NCBI GenBank assembly: GCA_963771075.1
Contig: CAVYSE010000011.1
Span: 256,001 to 320,000, forward strand
Source of the DNA: a candidate division FCPU426 bacterium
GTDB lineage: Bacteria; Oederibacteriota; Muellerivitia; Muellerivitales; Muellerivitaceae
Direction: 5' to 3'
Length of the DNA: 64,000 bases
Part shown: positions 1 to 10,148 of the stretch, one piece after another
Numbering within the stretch: position 1 is the stretch's first letter
How the letters are laid out: each line of letters opens with the position of its first letter
Program-made: the position numbers and the translations under genes
Notes under the pieces: generated by a model
Databases searched by the model: none
What the model was told of the DNA's origin: nothing
The model's input: the letters and a program-made list of their open reading frames with translations, nothing else

Positions 1-2
1 CT

Positions 3-2888
3 ATCAACATCACTTCCGCCCCCTATAACGCCTCGACCGGAAGCGCCGACAATGCCGCCGCCATCCAAGCGGCTGTCAACGCGGTCGGAAGTGGAGGGAC
101 TGTGCTGGTTCCGGCTGGAACCTTTTTGAGCGGTCCGGTAACGCTTAAAAGCAACATGACCTTCCAGCTTTCCGCGGGCGCCACACTGCAAATGACCGCG
201 ATGGGGACATTCCCGACGACGGGGGATTTGCTATATGGGTCCAGTTTGACAAATATCACGATCAATGGAAGCGGCGTCATGGACGGGCAGGGGGCGGCCT
301 GGTGGGCCGCTTTTAACGCCGATAGTTCCACCGCCAGGCCTGCCGCCATGATCTATTTGACCAATTGCACGGGCGTGACCCTCACCGGGATCACGGTGCA
401 GAATTCACCCATGTTCCATATCCAACTCCTGGGAAACGGCAGCAATATTTACGCCTCGGGCTTGAGCATTACGGCGGCCTGGCCTTCACCCAATACCGAT
501 GGGATCGATTTACGGGGTAAGAACGTATTGATCGAGAATTGTTATATCAGTGACGGGGATGATTTGATTCAACTGGGAGGGACCCAGGCGGTCCAAGGAG
601 TCACGATCCAAAATTGCACCTTTGGAACAGGGCACGGCCTTTCCATCGGGGGTTATACCCAAGGCGGGGTCCAGGACCTTTTGGTGAACAATTGCACCTT
701 CAACGGCACCCAATACGGCATACGATGGAAATCCGGCCGCGACAGGGGAGGAACGAATACAAACCTGACATACTCCAACATTACCATGACCGGAATCCTG
801 GATTATCCCTTTTATCTTACCAGCTGGTACCCCGCCAATCTTCCTCCCGCGTCGGATACCGCCGCTCCCGTTTCCGCGACCACGCCCTATTGGGAAAATA
901 TCACTTTGCGGAACATCACGGCCTCGACCGCTTCCGGGGCCAAGGGACCCGGTATTTTCTGGCCCGTGCCCGAAGCGCCGGTGACAAACCTGTTGTTCGA
1001 CGGGGTCACGGTGACCGGACCCAGTGGAATTACTTTCGACATCCATCATGGGCGGGCGGTCACCTTTACCTGCACCTGCCGGATTGACGGGGCCCAGCCT
1101 CCGACCAATGTGGGCTCTTACGACGCGGATATTGTTTATCCCGCCTGTGGGTCCAACCCAACGGCCACCATGACGGGTCCGATACCAACGTTAACCTTAA
1201 CCCGTACGGGTACGCCGACCGCGACCTCCACCAGCACTGCGACCCGAACGTGGACGACCACCTATACAACCACTAGAACCCCGACCGCGACTGCGACCTT
1301 CACCCTGACCCATACCTCCACGGCCACCTGGACTAACACGCCAACCACTTCCTTGACGCGCACGGCGACTGCTACCCCGACCCGAACCCTGACCTCCACC
1401 TCGACCCAGACCTATACCTCAACACCCGCTTTTACCACTACCAATAGTCCGACAGCCACATGGACCAGCATTTCGACGTCTACCTTCACCCGTACGGCGA
1501 CTTCTACATGGACCTCATCGACCACCCCCACGGCGACCCAGACCAGTTCATTCACTGCTTCTTTCACCCGTTCCGCCACACCCACCCTGACGGGGACTTA
1601 CTCCCCGACCGCCACCGCGACCTTGACCTATTCCTTCACGGCGACCAAGACTTCCACCCCCGTGAACACACCGACGATCACATCCACCCCGGTCTTGACC
1701 CCCAGCGTCACGCTCACCTATTCGATGACGTCGACATCAACCCAAACCCGCACACCGACTTGGACCCCCACGGCCACCGCTACAGGCACGGTAACGGGCA
1801 CCTGGACTGCGACCGATACGGCCTCTTGGACCCATACCCCGGTTTCCACTCCTTCCGCCACATCCTCTTCTACCAGCTCACCCACACCCATCTTCACGAC
1901 AACCCAGACCCTTATTCCCGTGAATACCGTCTCGCCAACCGTGACCTCAACCCCGTCCAGTTCTTCCACCCATACCGCCACCGCGACCCAAACTGAAACC
2001 TCAACGCCCAATGACACGGTCACCACCACACCGACGGTTACGCTGACGATTAGCTCCTCCCCCACGAATACATCCGTTTGGAGCCCTACTCCGAGCTTTA
2101 CCCATACCGGGACCGCTACGCCGACCTGGAGTTTCACCTCGTCCTCGACCCCGACGCCTAGCGCGACCTGGACCACGACTTTATCCCCGGTCTTCACACC
2201 GACGTCCACGCCGACAGGTACGATGACGACTACGGTCACCTTGACCGCTACCCCCTCTTCTTCGCTGACCCCCACCCATCCCTACACAAGCACCCAAACC
2301 CTGACGGCTACCTCCACTCCGACGCCTAGCGTGACTTGGACCAGGACTCCCACGGTCACCTCAACCCTTTCCTGGACGTCGACGAATTCCTTTACACCCA
2401 CCTTTACCTCCACCCTCACCGCGACCTCGACGCCGACTTGGACCCTGACCTATACGCCAACCGTTACCTCGACCTGGACTTCAACCCAAACGACCACCTG
2501 GACGAATACTCCGACCTTCACCCCCACGGTTACGGTCACCGCGACGGCCGTGCCTTGGACGCCAACCGCTACCTCAACCCCGACAGGCACTTCGACTCCC
2601 GGCCAAACGCCATCGGCGGTGATCTATCCCAACCCGGCTCCAGGGCCTGGGCCTATTACGCTGCAATTAACTCTGCCCAAGCCCGAATCCCAGGTGACGA
2701 TCTCGGTCTATACAACCGCCTACCGGCGGGTGAACGAGATCATCCTAAACAATGTTCAGGCGGGGACCACGGAAGTGCCCTTACCTTTGACGAGTAAATA
2801 CGGCACCGCCTTGGCGAACGGCCTTTATTACGTGGTGGTCAAGTACCCCCAGGGACAAATCATCCTCAAATTATTGGTCTTGCGGTAA
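3..2888 (+). CDS. GH28 polygalacturonase-like enzyme + Thr-rich stalk + T9SS-like C-terminal domain (5' end outside window)
   Basis: Frame is open from base 3 (INITSAPYNASTGSADNAAAIQAA...). GH28 motifs NTDGID, GDD, GHG, IRWKSG; Thr/Pro stalk; tail IYPNP...LANGLYYVVV...KLLVLR. Confidence 0.9.
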   Translation: MNITSAPYNASTGSADNAAAIQAAVNAVGSGGTVLVPAGTFLSGPVTLKSNMTFQLSAGATLQMTAMGTFPTTGDLLYGSSLTNITINGSGVMDGQGAAWWAAFNADSSTARPAAMIYLTNCTGVTLTGITVQNSPMFHIQLLGNGSNIYASGLSITAAWPSPNTDGIDLRGKNVLIENCYISDGDDLIQLGGTQAVQGVTIQNCTFGTGHGLSIGGYTQGGVQDLLVNNCTFNGTQYGIRWKSGRDRGGTNTNLTYSNITMTGILDYPFYLTSWYPANLPPASDTAAPVSATTPYWENITLRNITASTASGAKGPGIFWPVPEAPVTNLLFDGVTVTGPSGITFDIHHGRAVTFTCTCRIDGAQPPTNVGSYDADIVYPACGSNPTATMTGPIPTLTLTRTGTPTATSTSTATRTWTTTYTTTRTPTATATFTLTHTSTATWTNTPTTSLTRTATATPTRTLTSTSTQTYTSTPAFTTTNSPTATWTSISTSTFTRTATSTWTSSTTPTATQTSSFTASFTRSATPTLTGTYSPTATATLTYSFTATKTSTPVNTPTITSTPVLTPSVTLTYSMTSTSTQTRTPTWTPTATATGTVTGTWTATDTASWTHTPVSTPSATSSSTSSPTPIFTTTQTLIPVNTVSPTVTSTPSSSSTHTATATQTETSTPNDTVTTTPTVTLTISSSPTNTSVWSPTPSFTHTGTATPTWSFTSSSTPTPSATWTTTLSPVFTPTSTPTGTMTTTVTLTATPSSSLTPTHPYTSTQTLTATSTPTPSVTWTRTPTVTSTLSWTSTNSFTPTFTSTLTATSTPTWTLTYTPTVTSTWTSTQTTTWTNTPTFTPTVTVTATAVPWTPTATSTPTGTSTPGQTPSAVIYPNPAPGPGPITLQLTLPKPESQVTISVYTTAYRRVNEIILNNVQAGTTEVPLPLTSKYGTALANGLYYVVVKYPQGQIILKLLVLR

Positions 2889-3271
2889 AAGCGGCATTTG
2901 ACTTTGGAAAATGGAAGGAAAGATGAAATTTTTTTTGGGGATCTTATTTGTGTCGGGGTTTTGGGTTTGAGTTGGTTGTGTGCGTTCCATCAAAGTTACT
3001 CTTACCTACCTATCCGAATCTTAAACCAACAGAGACTTCCACGCCTTCGAGCACAATGACTTCCGCTCCAACCGAAAGCTTTTCAACCCTGGCCACCATT
3101 AGCTTTTCGCCAACTCCCTCTCTTTCTACGACCCTTTAATCATAAAAAGGGTCTGTGTGAGGGCATTTTGGGATGTTTTTTTATTTCCTTAAAATTGCAT
3201 TGAAATTAGATAAGGTAAACCGTGAAACAAACTAGTGTTTTTACCCCTGAAAATGGAATAATTCGGTAAAC

Positions 3272-3319
3272 TTTGGTACCGGTACAAATCGTTATAAGCT
3301 TTCAATGTAACCGGTTTAA
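3272..3319. promoter_or_regulatory. Two ACCGGT-centred near-palindromes (LacI-type operator candidates)
   Basis: TTTGGTACCGGTACAAA (3272-3288) and TGTAACCGGTTTAA (3306-3319) in the AT-rich region upstream of the GH gene; similar sites at 7374 and 11972. Confidence 0.4.
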
Positions 3320-3361
3320 AACGATTTTAATTTGAGTAAAAAAGGTTTTACGGCTGTGAAC

Positions 3362-6300
3362 ATGAGATTGAAGTCTCAAATAATTCAAAAAGTCCTGACC
3401 TTAGGTTTAGTCCTAGTGAGTGGACCAGTTTTGGGCCAAACCACCATAACCATAAATGCCGCTACCACCCTGGTCACGATTCCCAACACCATTTATGGCA
3501 ACAACGCCCAATTCTACAACGCGCACAATAATGGGGCGGATACCACTTATAACACCGCCATGCAGGTATCCGGCTGTCGTAGTATCCGTTGGCCGGGAGG
3601 TTCCGAAGCCGACCAATCCGATTGGAACAATCTCGTTTGCTGGGACGCGGGGGCGGCTACAACCCCCCAGTTCATTACTTTTCTCCAAACCTTCGGCGGA
3701 ACAATGCAGCCCATCGTGAATGGCAGCGGCATATGGTGCAGTGGAGGCTCCGGGGCCGGCGCGCCCACGACCTTTACCCACGCCGCGGCCGTGAGTCTGG
3801 CGGAGGCTTGGGTTACCTGGAACATGACCAACACGGGTTCGGCCAGGGCTAAGTATTGGGAAGTGGCGAACGAAATCTATGGAAATTGGGAAGTCGGCGG
3901 CCAAGGATCAACCGGAAGCAACCTGACCGGCACCCTATACGGGACTGACTTCGCGGATTATTACAAAGGGATGAAGGCCATCGATTCCACCATCCAGGTC
4001 GGGGCGGTGGCCTCACCCGGATCGGGGGATTACAGCAACTGGACACCCAACATGCTCGCCGCCGCCAAGGCGGCCGGGGTTGTGCCCGACTTTCTCATTA
4101 TCCACAATTATCCCGTCGCGTCCGGCGGGGCGGGCCAGGCCACGGACTCCCTAATCCTGAGTTATCCGTCGACCGTCGCGACCCAAACGGCCAGCCTGAA
4201 CAGCATCGTTTCATCCTCCCTTGGAAGTTCTTACGTCGGGCAAGTCAAATACTTCATGACCGAGTTTAATTCCACTCTGGGTCCCCTCGCCCAAAGCGAC
4301 GAGTACGTGAACGCCATGTTCGTGGCCGAATGGGTCATGGAGTGCGCGAAAAACGGATGGATCGGCGCCAACCTGTGGGCCACTGAGAACGGGGGGACCC
4401 CCGACTATGGTTTCCTCAACACGACAACGGATGTCCCTTTCCCGGATTATTACTCTTACGCAATGTTGACGAGCAAATTTGGGGTTACCATGGTTTCCTG
4501 CTCCAGCAGCGCCGCGACGGTGAGTTCCTACGCGGCCATGAATACCTCGGGGAATCTGACCCTATTCATGGTCAATAACAATCCTAGTGCCACCGAGACG
4601 GCGACCATTAATATTTCCGGATTTACACCGGGCGCTTCGGGCACGGCCTGGGTCATGCTGCCTTCCGGCGCTACCGGAGGTGTTAGTCAGGAAGCAACGG
4701 GAATTCTCGTTAATGGGACCGCCAACCCGGCGCCCAGCGCCATCACTGGCATCGCGGGAACGACCCAGACCACCAGCACCTCTTTCACGGTGACTCTGCA
4801 ACCCAATGAGATGTACCTGATCGTTATACCCGGCACCTCCAGCTCCAACCCAACCCCCACCCCGACCAAGACCAACACATTGACCTCGACCCCTACCCGG
4901 ACTTCTACCGCGACCTCGACCGCAACCCCGACCCCCACCCGGACTTTCACGTCCTCCCCCACCACTAGTGTCACCTCTAGCCCCACGGTAACAACCACCA
5001 AAACCTCTACTTCAGCCTCGACAGCTACAGCCAGCTGGACCCCGACCCGGACTCCCACGCCGACTCTGACCCCGACCTTGACCCTGACGCGGACCAACAC
5101 CGCCTCGAATACCCCCACGAATTCCACCACCGCCACACCCACCTTGACCAATACCCGGACGCCTACCGCGACTTCAACCAATAGGGTGATGAATACCTCC
5201 ACGGCCACATGGACGATCACTGGGACCGCTACCTCAACATCCACCTTTACCCCAACTCCGACGCGGACCTTCACGAATACGGCGACCGCCACCGCCACTA
5301 ATACCCCCCCGAATACAACCACCCTGACCCCGACGATTACTTTGACAAGCACCTCGACCGCGACGCGCACCTCGACTGTGACCTCCACTTCCACGGTTAC
5401 CTCAACCGCTACGAACACATCGGTGAATACCACCACGCTCACACCCACCCGTACGGTGACATCGACCTATACTTCGAGCTCTTCTCCCACCGCCACCCGC
5501 ACTTCAACCGCGTCCTCGACCGCCACGACCACGGGCACTTCTACCGTGACGCCCTTGTTTACGGCCTCTAGTAGCACCACGCCGTCCGTCACCCTCTCTT
5601 GGACGGCAACAAACACCCCCACCGCCTCCGGGACATTGACCCGAACCTTCACAACCACCTCTACCCCGACTCTTACCTCGACCCATACCAATACGATCAC
5701 ATCCAGCCCGACCGCCACGGGAACACCGACCCAGACTCCGACCGCGACGGCCACTTTGCAGTTGAGCGCGACGAATACGCTTTCGCCAACGGTTACGTTG
5801 ACCTCTACGGAGACCAACACCTTTAGCTCAACGAGGACCTGGACGACGACGATCACCCCGACCTCGACCTTTACCGCGACTTCATCGGCGTCTACGACCC
5901 CGACTACGACGGCAAGCTCCACGAGGACTTCAACCGCGACTTCCACCTCGACGGCCTCGGGCACTCCCACCCTTACGGAAACAGCCACATCCACCTTCCC
6001 GCTGAGCCCGACCATTACCTTGACCCCGACCCTCACCCTTTCATCGACCGCGACGCAGACCCACCCCCCCACGGATACCTCGACTCAAACCTTGACGGCT
6101 ACTTTGACCTCCACCCTGACCCCAACCCGTACCCCGACGTCGACCTATACGACAACCGATACGGCCACGGGAACACCCACCCCAACCGGAACGCTGACGG
6201 CCACGATTCCCTTTAGTCCGACCGTGACGGCATCCCCCACGGTCACTTCGAGCTCAACCATGACATCCACGACGACAGCGACCCTTACGTCGACATGGAC

Positions 6301-7363
6301 GCCGACTTGGACGGTGACCAACAGTTCCACCGCCACAAGTTCGGTGACGAATACCCCGACGCTTTCCTATACCCCGGTTTTTACGAATACCCATACCTTT
6401 ACGGCGGTTCCGCCGACCAGCACACTGAGCATTACCCCCACGGCGACTCCAACCCAGACCGCGAGTTCGACCCCAACCGCCAGTTCCACGCCCACTTCGG
6501 CGACCCTGAACATGACTTCGTCCACATCCACTTTGAGTACTCTTTCGGGAACCGCCGGTGTCACGGCAGTATCCGCGAACCTCAGCGATCCAAGCGCATT
6601 AGGGGTCAACCTCACGAATATCACGGTCAGCGACCTGGGAGGCAACGCGGGGAATGTCACATCCGTCAGTGTTTATTTGAATGGAATACTGCAGGCTTCT
6701 GTTCCGGGATTCACCGGCAATACGGCCACGCTGAGCCTGAACAACGACTTGATCACGTCTACCTCCAACAGCCTGCAGGTCCTGGTGGACTTCTCGGGTA
6801 CGGCGGTTGGGACCTATGAGTTCTCGATCAGCGGCCTGACGGGAACCAGTACGAATAACGGGGGACAGCCGGTGTCGATCACGGGATTGCCGGTTTCAGG
6901 CAATACGGTGAACTGCCAGCAAGCCACGTCCACGCCCACCCAAACCTCCATACCGACCCACACCTATACCTATACCGCCACACCGACGCTGACCCCCTCG
7001 GTGACATGGACCGCGACCTCCACCTGGACGATTTCGGCCACGACGACCGGAACGATCACCCCGACCTTTACGCAAACGCCGGTACCCCAAAAGATACCGA
7101 TCCTTTATCCCAATCCTGTGACCGGACCGACGGTGAATGTGCTTCCGCCCAGTTACACGGGAATCTCGACGGTGAGGGTGGAGATCTTCACGGTGAATTA
7201 TCGAAAGGTAGTGGATGAGACCTTCTATTCGGTGCCCTCGGGAACGAGCGTTAACGTCAACCTGACGGGCCGGGGAGGGAATCCCTTAGCCAACGGAATT
7301 TACTACGTAGTGGTCACGGTCAATGGCCAACGCTCCATCGGGAAACTACTGGTTCTGCGGTAA
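3362..7363 (+). CDS. Secreted clan GH-A glycoside hydrolase (GH44/GH51/GH79-like) + Thr stalk + beta-sandwich + T9SS-like CTD
   Basis: Signal peptide MRLKSQ...VLG; IRWPGGS, WEVANEIYGNWE (acid/base NE), FMTEFN (nucleophile); tail LYPNP...LANGIYYVVV...GKLLVLR. Confidence 0.8.
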   Translation: MRLKSQIIQKVLTLGLVLVSGPVLGQTTITINAATTLVTIPNTIYGNNAQFYNAHNNGADTTYNTAMQVSGCRSIRWPGGSEADQSDWNNLVCWDAGAATTPQFITFLQTFGGTMQPIVNGSGIWCSGGSGAGAPTTFTHAAAVSLAEAWVTWNMTNTGSARAKYWEVANEIYGNWEVGGQGSTGSNLTGTLYGTDFADYYKGMKAIDSTIQVGAVASPGSGDYSNWTPNMLAAAKAAGVVPDFLIIHNYPVASGGAGQATDSLILSYPSTVATQTASLNSIVSSSLGSSYVGQVKYFMTEFNSTLGPLAQSDEYVNAMFVAEWVMECAKNGWIGANLWATENGGTPDYGFLNTTTDVPFPDYYSYAMLTSKFGVTMVSCSSSAATVSSYAAMNTSGNLTLFMVNNNPSATETATINISGFTPGASGTAWVMLPSGATGGVSQEATGILVNGTANPAPSAITGIAGTTQTTSTSFTVTLQPNEMYLIVIPGTSSSNPTPTPTKTNTLTSTPTRTSTATSTATPTPTRTFTSSPTTSVTSSPTVTTTKTSTSASTATASWTPTRTPTPTLTPTLTLTRTNTASNTPTNSTTATPTLTNTRTPTATSTNRVMNTSTATWTITGTATSTSTFTPTPTRTFTNTATATATNTPPNTTTLTPTITLTSTSTATRTSTVTSTSTVTSTATNTSVNTTTLTPTRTVTSTYTSSSSPTATRTSTASSTATTTGTSTVTPLFTASSSTTPSVTLSWTATNTPTASGTLTRTFTTTSTPTLTSTHTNTITSSPTATGTPTQTPTATATLQLSATNTLSPTVTLTSTETNTFSSTRTWTTTITPTSTFTATSSASTTPTTTASSTRTSTATSTSTASGTPTLTETATSTFPLSPTITLTPTLTLSSTATQTHPPTDTSTQTLTATLTSTLTPTRTPTSTYTTTDTATGTPTPTGTLTATIPFSPTVTASPTVTSSSTMTSTTTATLTSTWTPTWTVTNSSTATSSVTNTPTLSYTPVFTNTHTFTAVPPTSTLSITPTATPTQTASSTPTASSTPTSATLNMTSSTSTLSTLSGTAGVTAVSANLSDPSALGVNLTNITVSDLGGNAGNVTSVSVYLNGILQASVPGFTGNTATLSLNNDLITSTSNSLQVLVDFSGTAVGTYEFSISGLTGTSTNNGGQPVSITGLPVSGNTVNCQQATSTPTQTSIPTHTYTYTATPTLTPSVTWTATSTWTISATTTGTITPTFTQTPVPQKIPILYPNPVTGPTVNVLPPSYTGISTVRVEIFTVNYRKVVDETFYSVPSGTSVNVNLTGRGGNPLANGIYYVVVTVNGQRSIGKLLVLR

Positions 7364-7566
7364 CGATCCAGGGTTGAACCGGTTCGAATCAAAGACAATC
7401 TCCCGTTTGTCACGAGAAACCCCGCTATAAAAGCTCTTTTATAAATTTGTGCCCACCAACAAAAAAATTATTTCATGATCATCGAACGTATTCTTGGATA
7501 GGCTCTTATTGGTGATACAATTTCGTATCAAGCTATTGTTCTTAGATCGGGGAAGGTGAATATTCC

Positions 7567-10026
7567 TTGAAAATGACGCTACAAATATATCTTCGGAACT
7601 TCCTATTTCTACTGTTCGCGGGATTAATCGTTTCGGTTGTCCAAGCCCAAACCACTTCGACCTGTTCCCAATACCAAAGCGTGACCGTGGGTTCTTATAT
7701 CGTCCAAACGAATTATTGGAACCAGGGCACCTGCCCAGGAACTCAATGTGTGACCGTGGATAATACCACCGGAGCCTGGGGGGTGACCGAAGCCTCCTTT
7801 ACCTGCGCGCCCAATGTGGGCAGTTATCCTTCCATCTATTACGGGTGCCATTACGGTTCCGCCAGCCCCGGAACCAACTTGCCGATGCTCGAAAGCAGCC
7901 TCCAGTGCGTCACATCGAGTTGGAGCTTTTCGGTTCCCGCGGCCACCGGCGATTCCTACGACGTTGCTTATGACATCTGGTTCGCTCCCGCGTCCAAACC
8001 CACCTGCGCCAATGACAGCGGAGGCTATGCCAACGGCGCGGAGCTGATGATCTGGCTGAACTACATGGGCAATGTCCCGCTTCCGAATAATTCAGTGACG
8101 GTGACCACCGGATTATCCTTGGATGGTTATACCTGGAACCTCTACGAAACCCCTTCCGCCACCCTGGGGTGGACTTATATGTCCTACCAGATCACTTCCA
8201 ACGTTACTTCCGTCACCAACCTGGACCTGATGGCTTTTTTTAAGGACGCCCTCGCGCGCGGATTCATCCAATCTACCTGGTACCTCGCCGCGGTCGAGGC
8301 GGGAGACGAGATCCGGACGGGCGGTATCCCCTTTATTAGCAATTCCTTTTCTTGCGCGGTCAATAACGCCTGCCCCAACACGTTCACTCCGACTCAAACT
8401 CCTGTTTTGTCCTACACTCCAACTTTCACGCGCACCCCCACCCGCACGATAACATCGACACCGACTCCCTCGGTAACCCCAACGTCTTCCTCCACGGCCA
8501 CCCTGAGCCAGACCTATACCCTTTCTCCAACCCGGACGATTACCCCGCCCGGGACTTCCACGAATACCGTTACTTTTACCCCGACTTTCTCAAGCACGAG
8601 AACTTTCACCTATACCTTGACTACGACACCCACGGGAACCATCACCCAAACCGTTTCAAGGACTCCTACGGTTTCCATGACCCCCATCCTATCAACCACT
8701 TCAACCGTCACCCCCACCCATACCAATACGGTGACGAACACCCCCGTTTGGACCGGAACTTTTACGGCGACCCTTGTCAGTACAGCGACGCCAACCGCCT
8801 CGCCGACCCCAACTTTCACCGCGACCCTTACCCCTACCCTCACCCGTTCTTCCACCCCTACCTCAACCAGTACTCCGACCGCGACTGTCGTTTCGACCAC
8901 GACTACCACGCCGACACCCACTTCCACCTATTCCCGTACCATGACTAACACCTTCACCCCAACACCTTCTTCGACCCGAACCATAACCTTTACCCCGTCT
9001 ATTAGTTCCACTTATTCCCTAACCCCAACCACGACCCCTAGCGCCACTTCGACGAATACCCCGGTTTTGACCCCGACGGTGACCCGCACCTTTAGCCTCT
9101 CACCCGTTTCGACTTTGACTTCCACTGCGACTTTTACCTTTTCTGAGACAGCTTCTGCCACACCTACCTTGTCTCAAACGGCGACTCCGACAATTTCTCC
9201 CAGTCCCTCCCCAACCCATTCACCCACGCCCAGTTGGACCTTGACCTCCACTCCCATTTGGACGGGTACCATGACCCCATCAACGACGACAACCATGACG
9301 GATACCCCTTCCGCTACCTCCACGATGACCTCGACAGCCACCTCTTCGATGACCTTCACGAGGACCGTAACGCCGACGAACACCTTTACTCCCATCGCCC
9401 CCAACACGGTGACCGCAACCCAAACCCTAACTTCGACGCTTGTTTTTACGTCTTCAATGACCGCTACCTACACTGGCACCGCGACCACCACAAAAACTCC
9501 CACGTCGACTTCGACCCCAACCCGTACCGATACTGAGTCGCCGACGGCCACCTTCACAGGAACAACCACATCCACCGCCACCTCTACCTTAACCTCAATA
9601 TGGACCGGAACGGGTACCGCAACCGGAACCTTGACTCCGGTGAATTCGCCCACACCTTCGTTCACGGTGACCGCGTCCTTTACGATCACTCCCATCTTTA
9701 CGTCGACCCCCACCCCGACCCGGTTCTTTACACCTGTTGCGACGGCCATACCCGGCCGTCTGTGGATTTATCCCAACCCCGCGCCAGGAAACACGGTCCA
9801 GGTCCTGCCCGCTCCCTATTCCATCACCTCCAACGTCCGAATTGAGATCATCACCCTCGCTTTCCGGAAGGTGCAGGACATCACCTTTCCCCTGATTCCG
9901 CCTGGTACGGCAGTGACCTTGAACCTGACCGACCGTTCGGGCAATCTCCTTTCCGATGGCCTTTATTACCTGGTAGTGACGGTGAATGGAAACCAGACGA
10001 TCGGTAAACTATTGATCCTCAGGTAG
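7567..10026 (+). CDS. Secreted GH12 endoglucanase-like enzyme + Thr stalk + T9SS-like CTD
   Basis: Signal peptide; GH12 motifs QTNYWN, YPSIYYG, YDVAYDIW, AELMIWLN, VEAGDE; tail IYPNP...GKLLILR. Confidence 0.88.
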   Translation: MKMTLQIYLRNFLFLLFAGLIVSVVQAQTTSTCSQYQSVTVGSYIVQTNYWNQGTCPGTQCVTVDNTTGAWGVTEASFTCAPNVGSYPSIYYGCHYGSASPGTNLPMLESSLQCVTSSWSFSVPAATGDSYDVAYDIWFAPASKPTCANDSGGYANGAELMIWLNYMGNVPLPNNSVTVTTGLSLDGYTWNLYETPSATLGWTYMSYQITSNVTSVTNLDLMAFFKDALARGFIQSTWYLAAVEAGDEIRTGGIPFISNSFSCAVNNACPNTFTPTQTPVLSYTPTFTRTPTRTITSTPTPSVTPTSSSTATLSQTYTLSPTRTITPPGTSTNTVTFTPTFSSTRTFTYTLTTTPTGTITQTVSRTPTVSMTPILSTTSTVTPTHTNTVTNTPVWTGTFTATLVSTATPTASPTPTFTATLTPTLTRSSTPTSTSTPTATVVSTTTTTPTPTSTYSRTMTNTFTPTPSSTRTITFTPSISSTYSLTPTTTPSATSTNTPVLTPTVTRTFSLSPVSTLTSTATFTFSETASATPTLSQTATPTISPSPSPTHSPTPSWTLTSTPIWTGTMTPSTTTTMTDTPSATSTMTSTATSSMTFTRTVTPTNTFTPIAPNTVTATQTLTSTLVFTSSMTATYTGTATTTKTPTSTSTPTRTDTESPTATFTGTTTSTATSTLTSIWTGTGTATGTLTPVNSPTPSFTVTASFTITPIFTSTPTPTRFFTPVATAIPGRLWIYPNPAPGNTVQVLPAPYSITSNVRIEIITLAFRKVQDITFPLIPPGTAVTLNLTDRSGNLLSDGLYYLVVTVNGNQTIGKLLILR

Positions 10027-10148
10027 TTGCCAGGATTCGGTTTTTATTAGGCGCGGATTCAGTGGTTTTTCCTTATTCCGCAAACCTCGATCCTCCCAGA
10101 ATAAAATCTTACGTGACTATTTTTCGTGAAGCGGGTTAACCTGGGGGC

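Noticed and set aside
2923..3139. Small Thr/Ser-rich gene after GH28
   Set aside because: The ATG with an RBS hits a stop after 15 codons and the 63-aa ORF has no credible start; at best a decayed remnant
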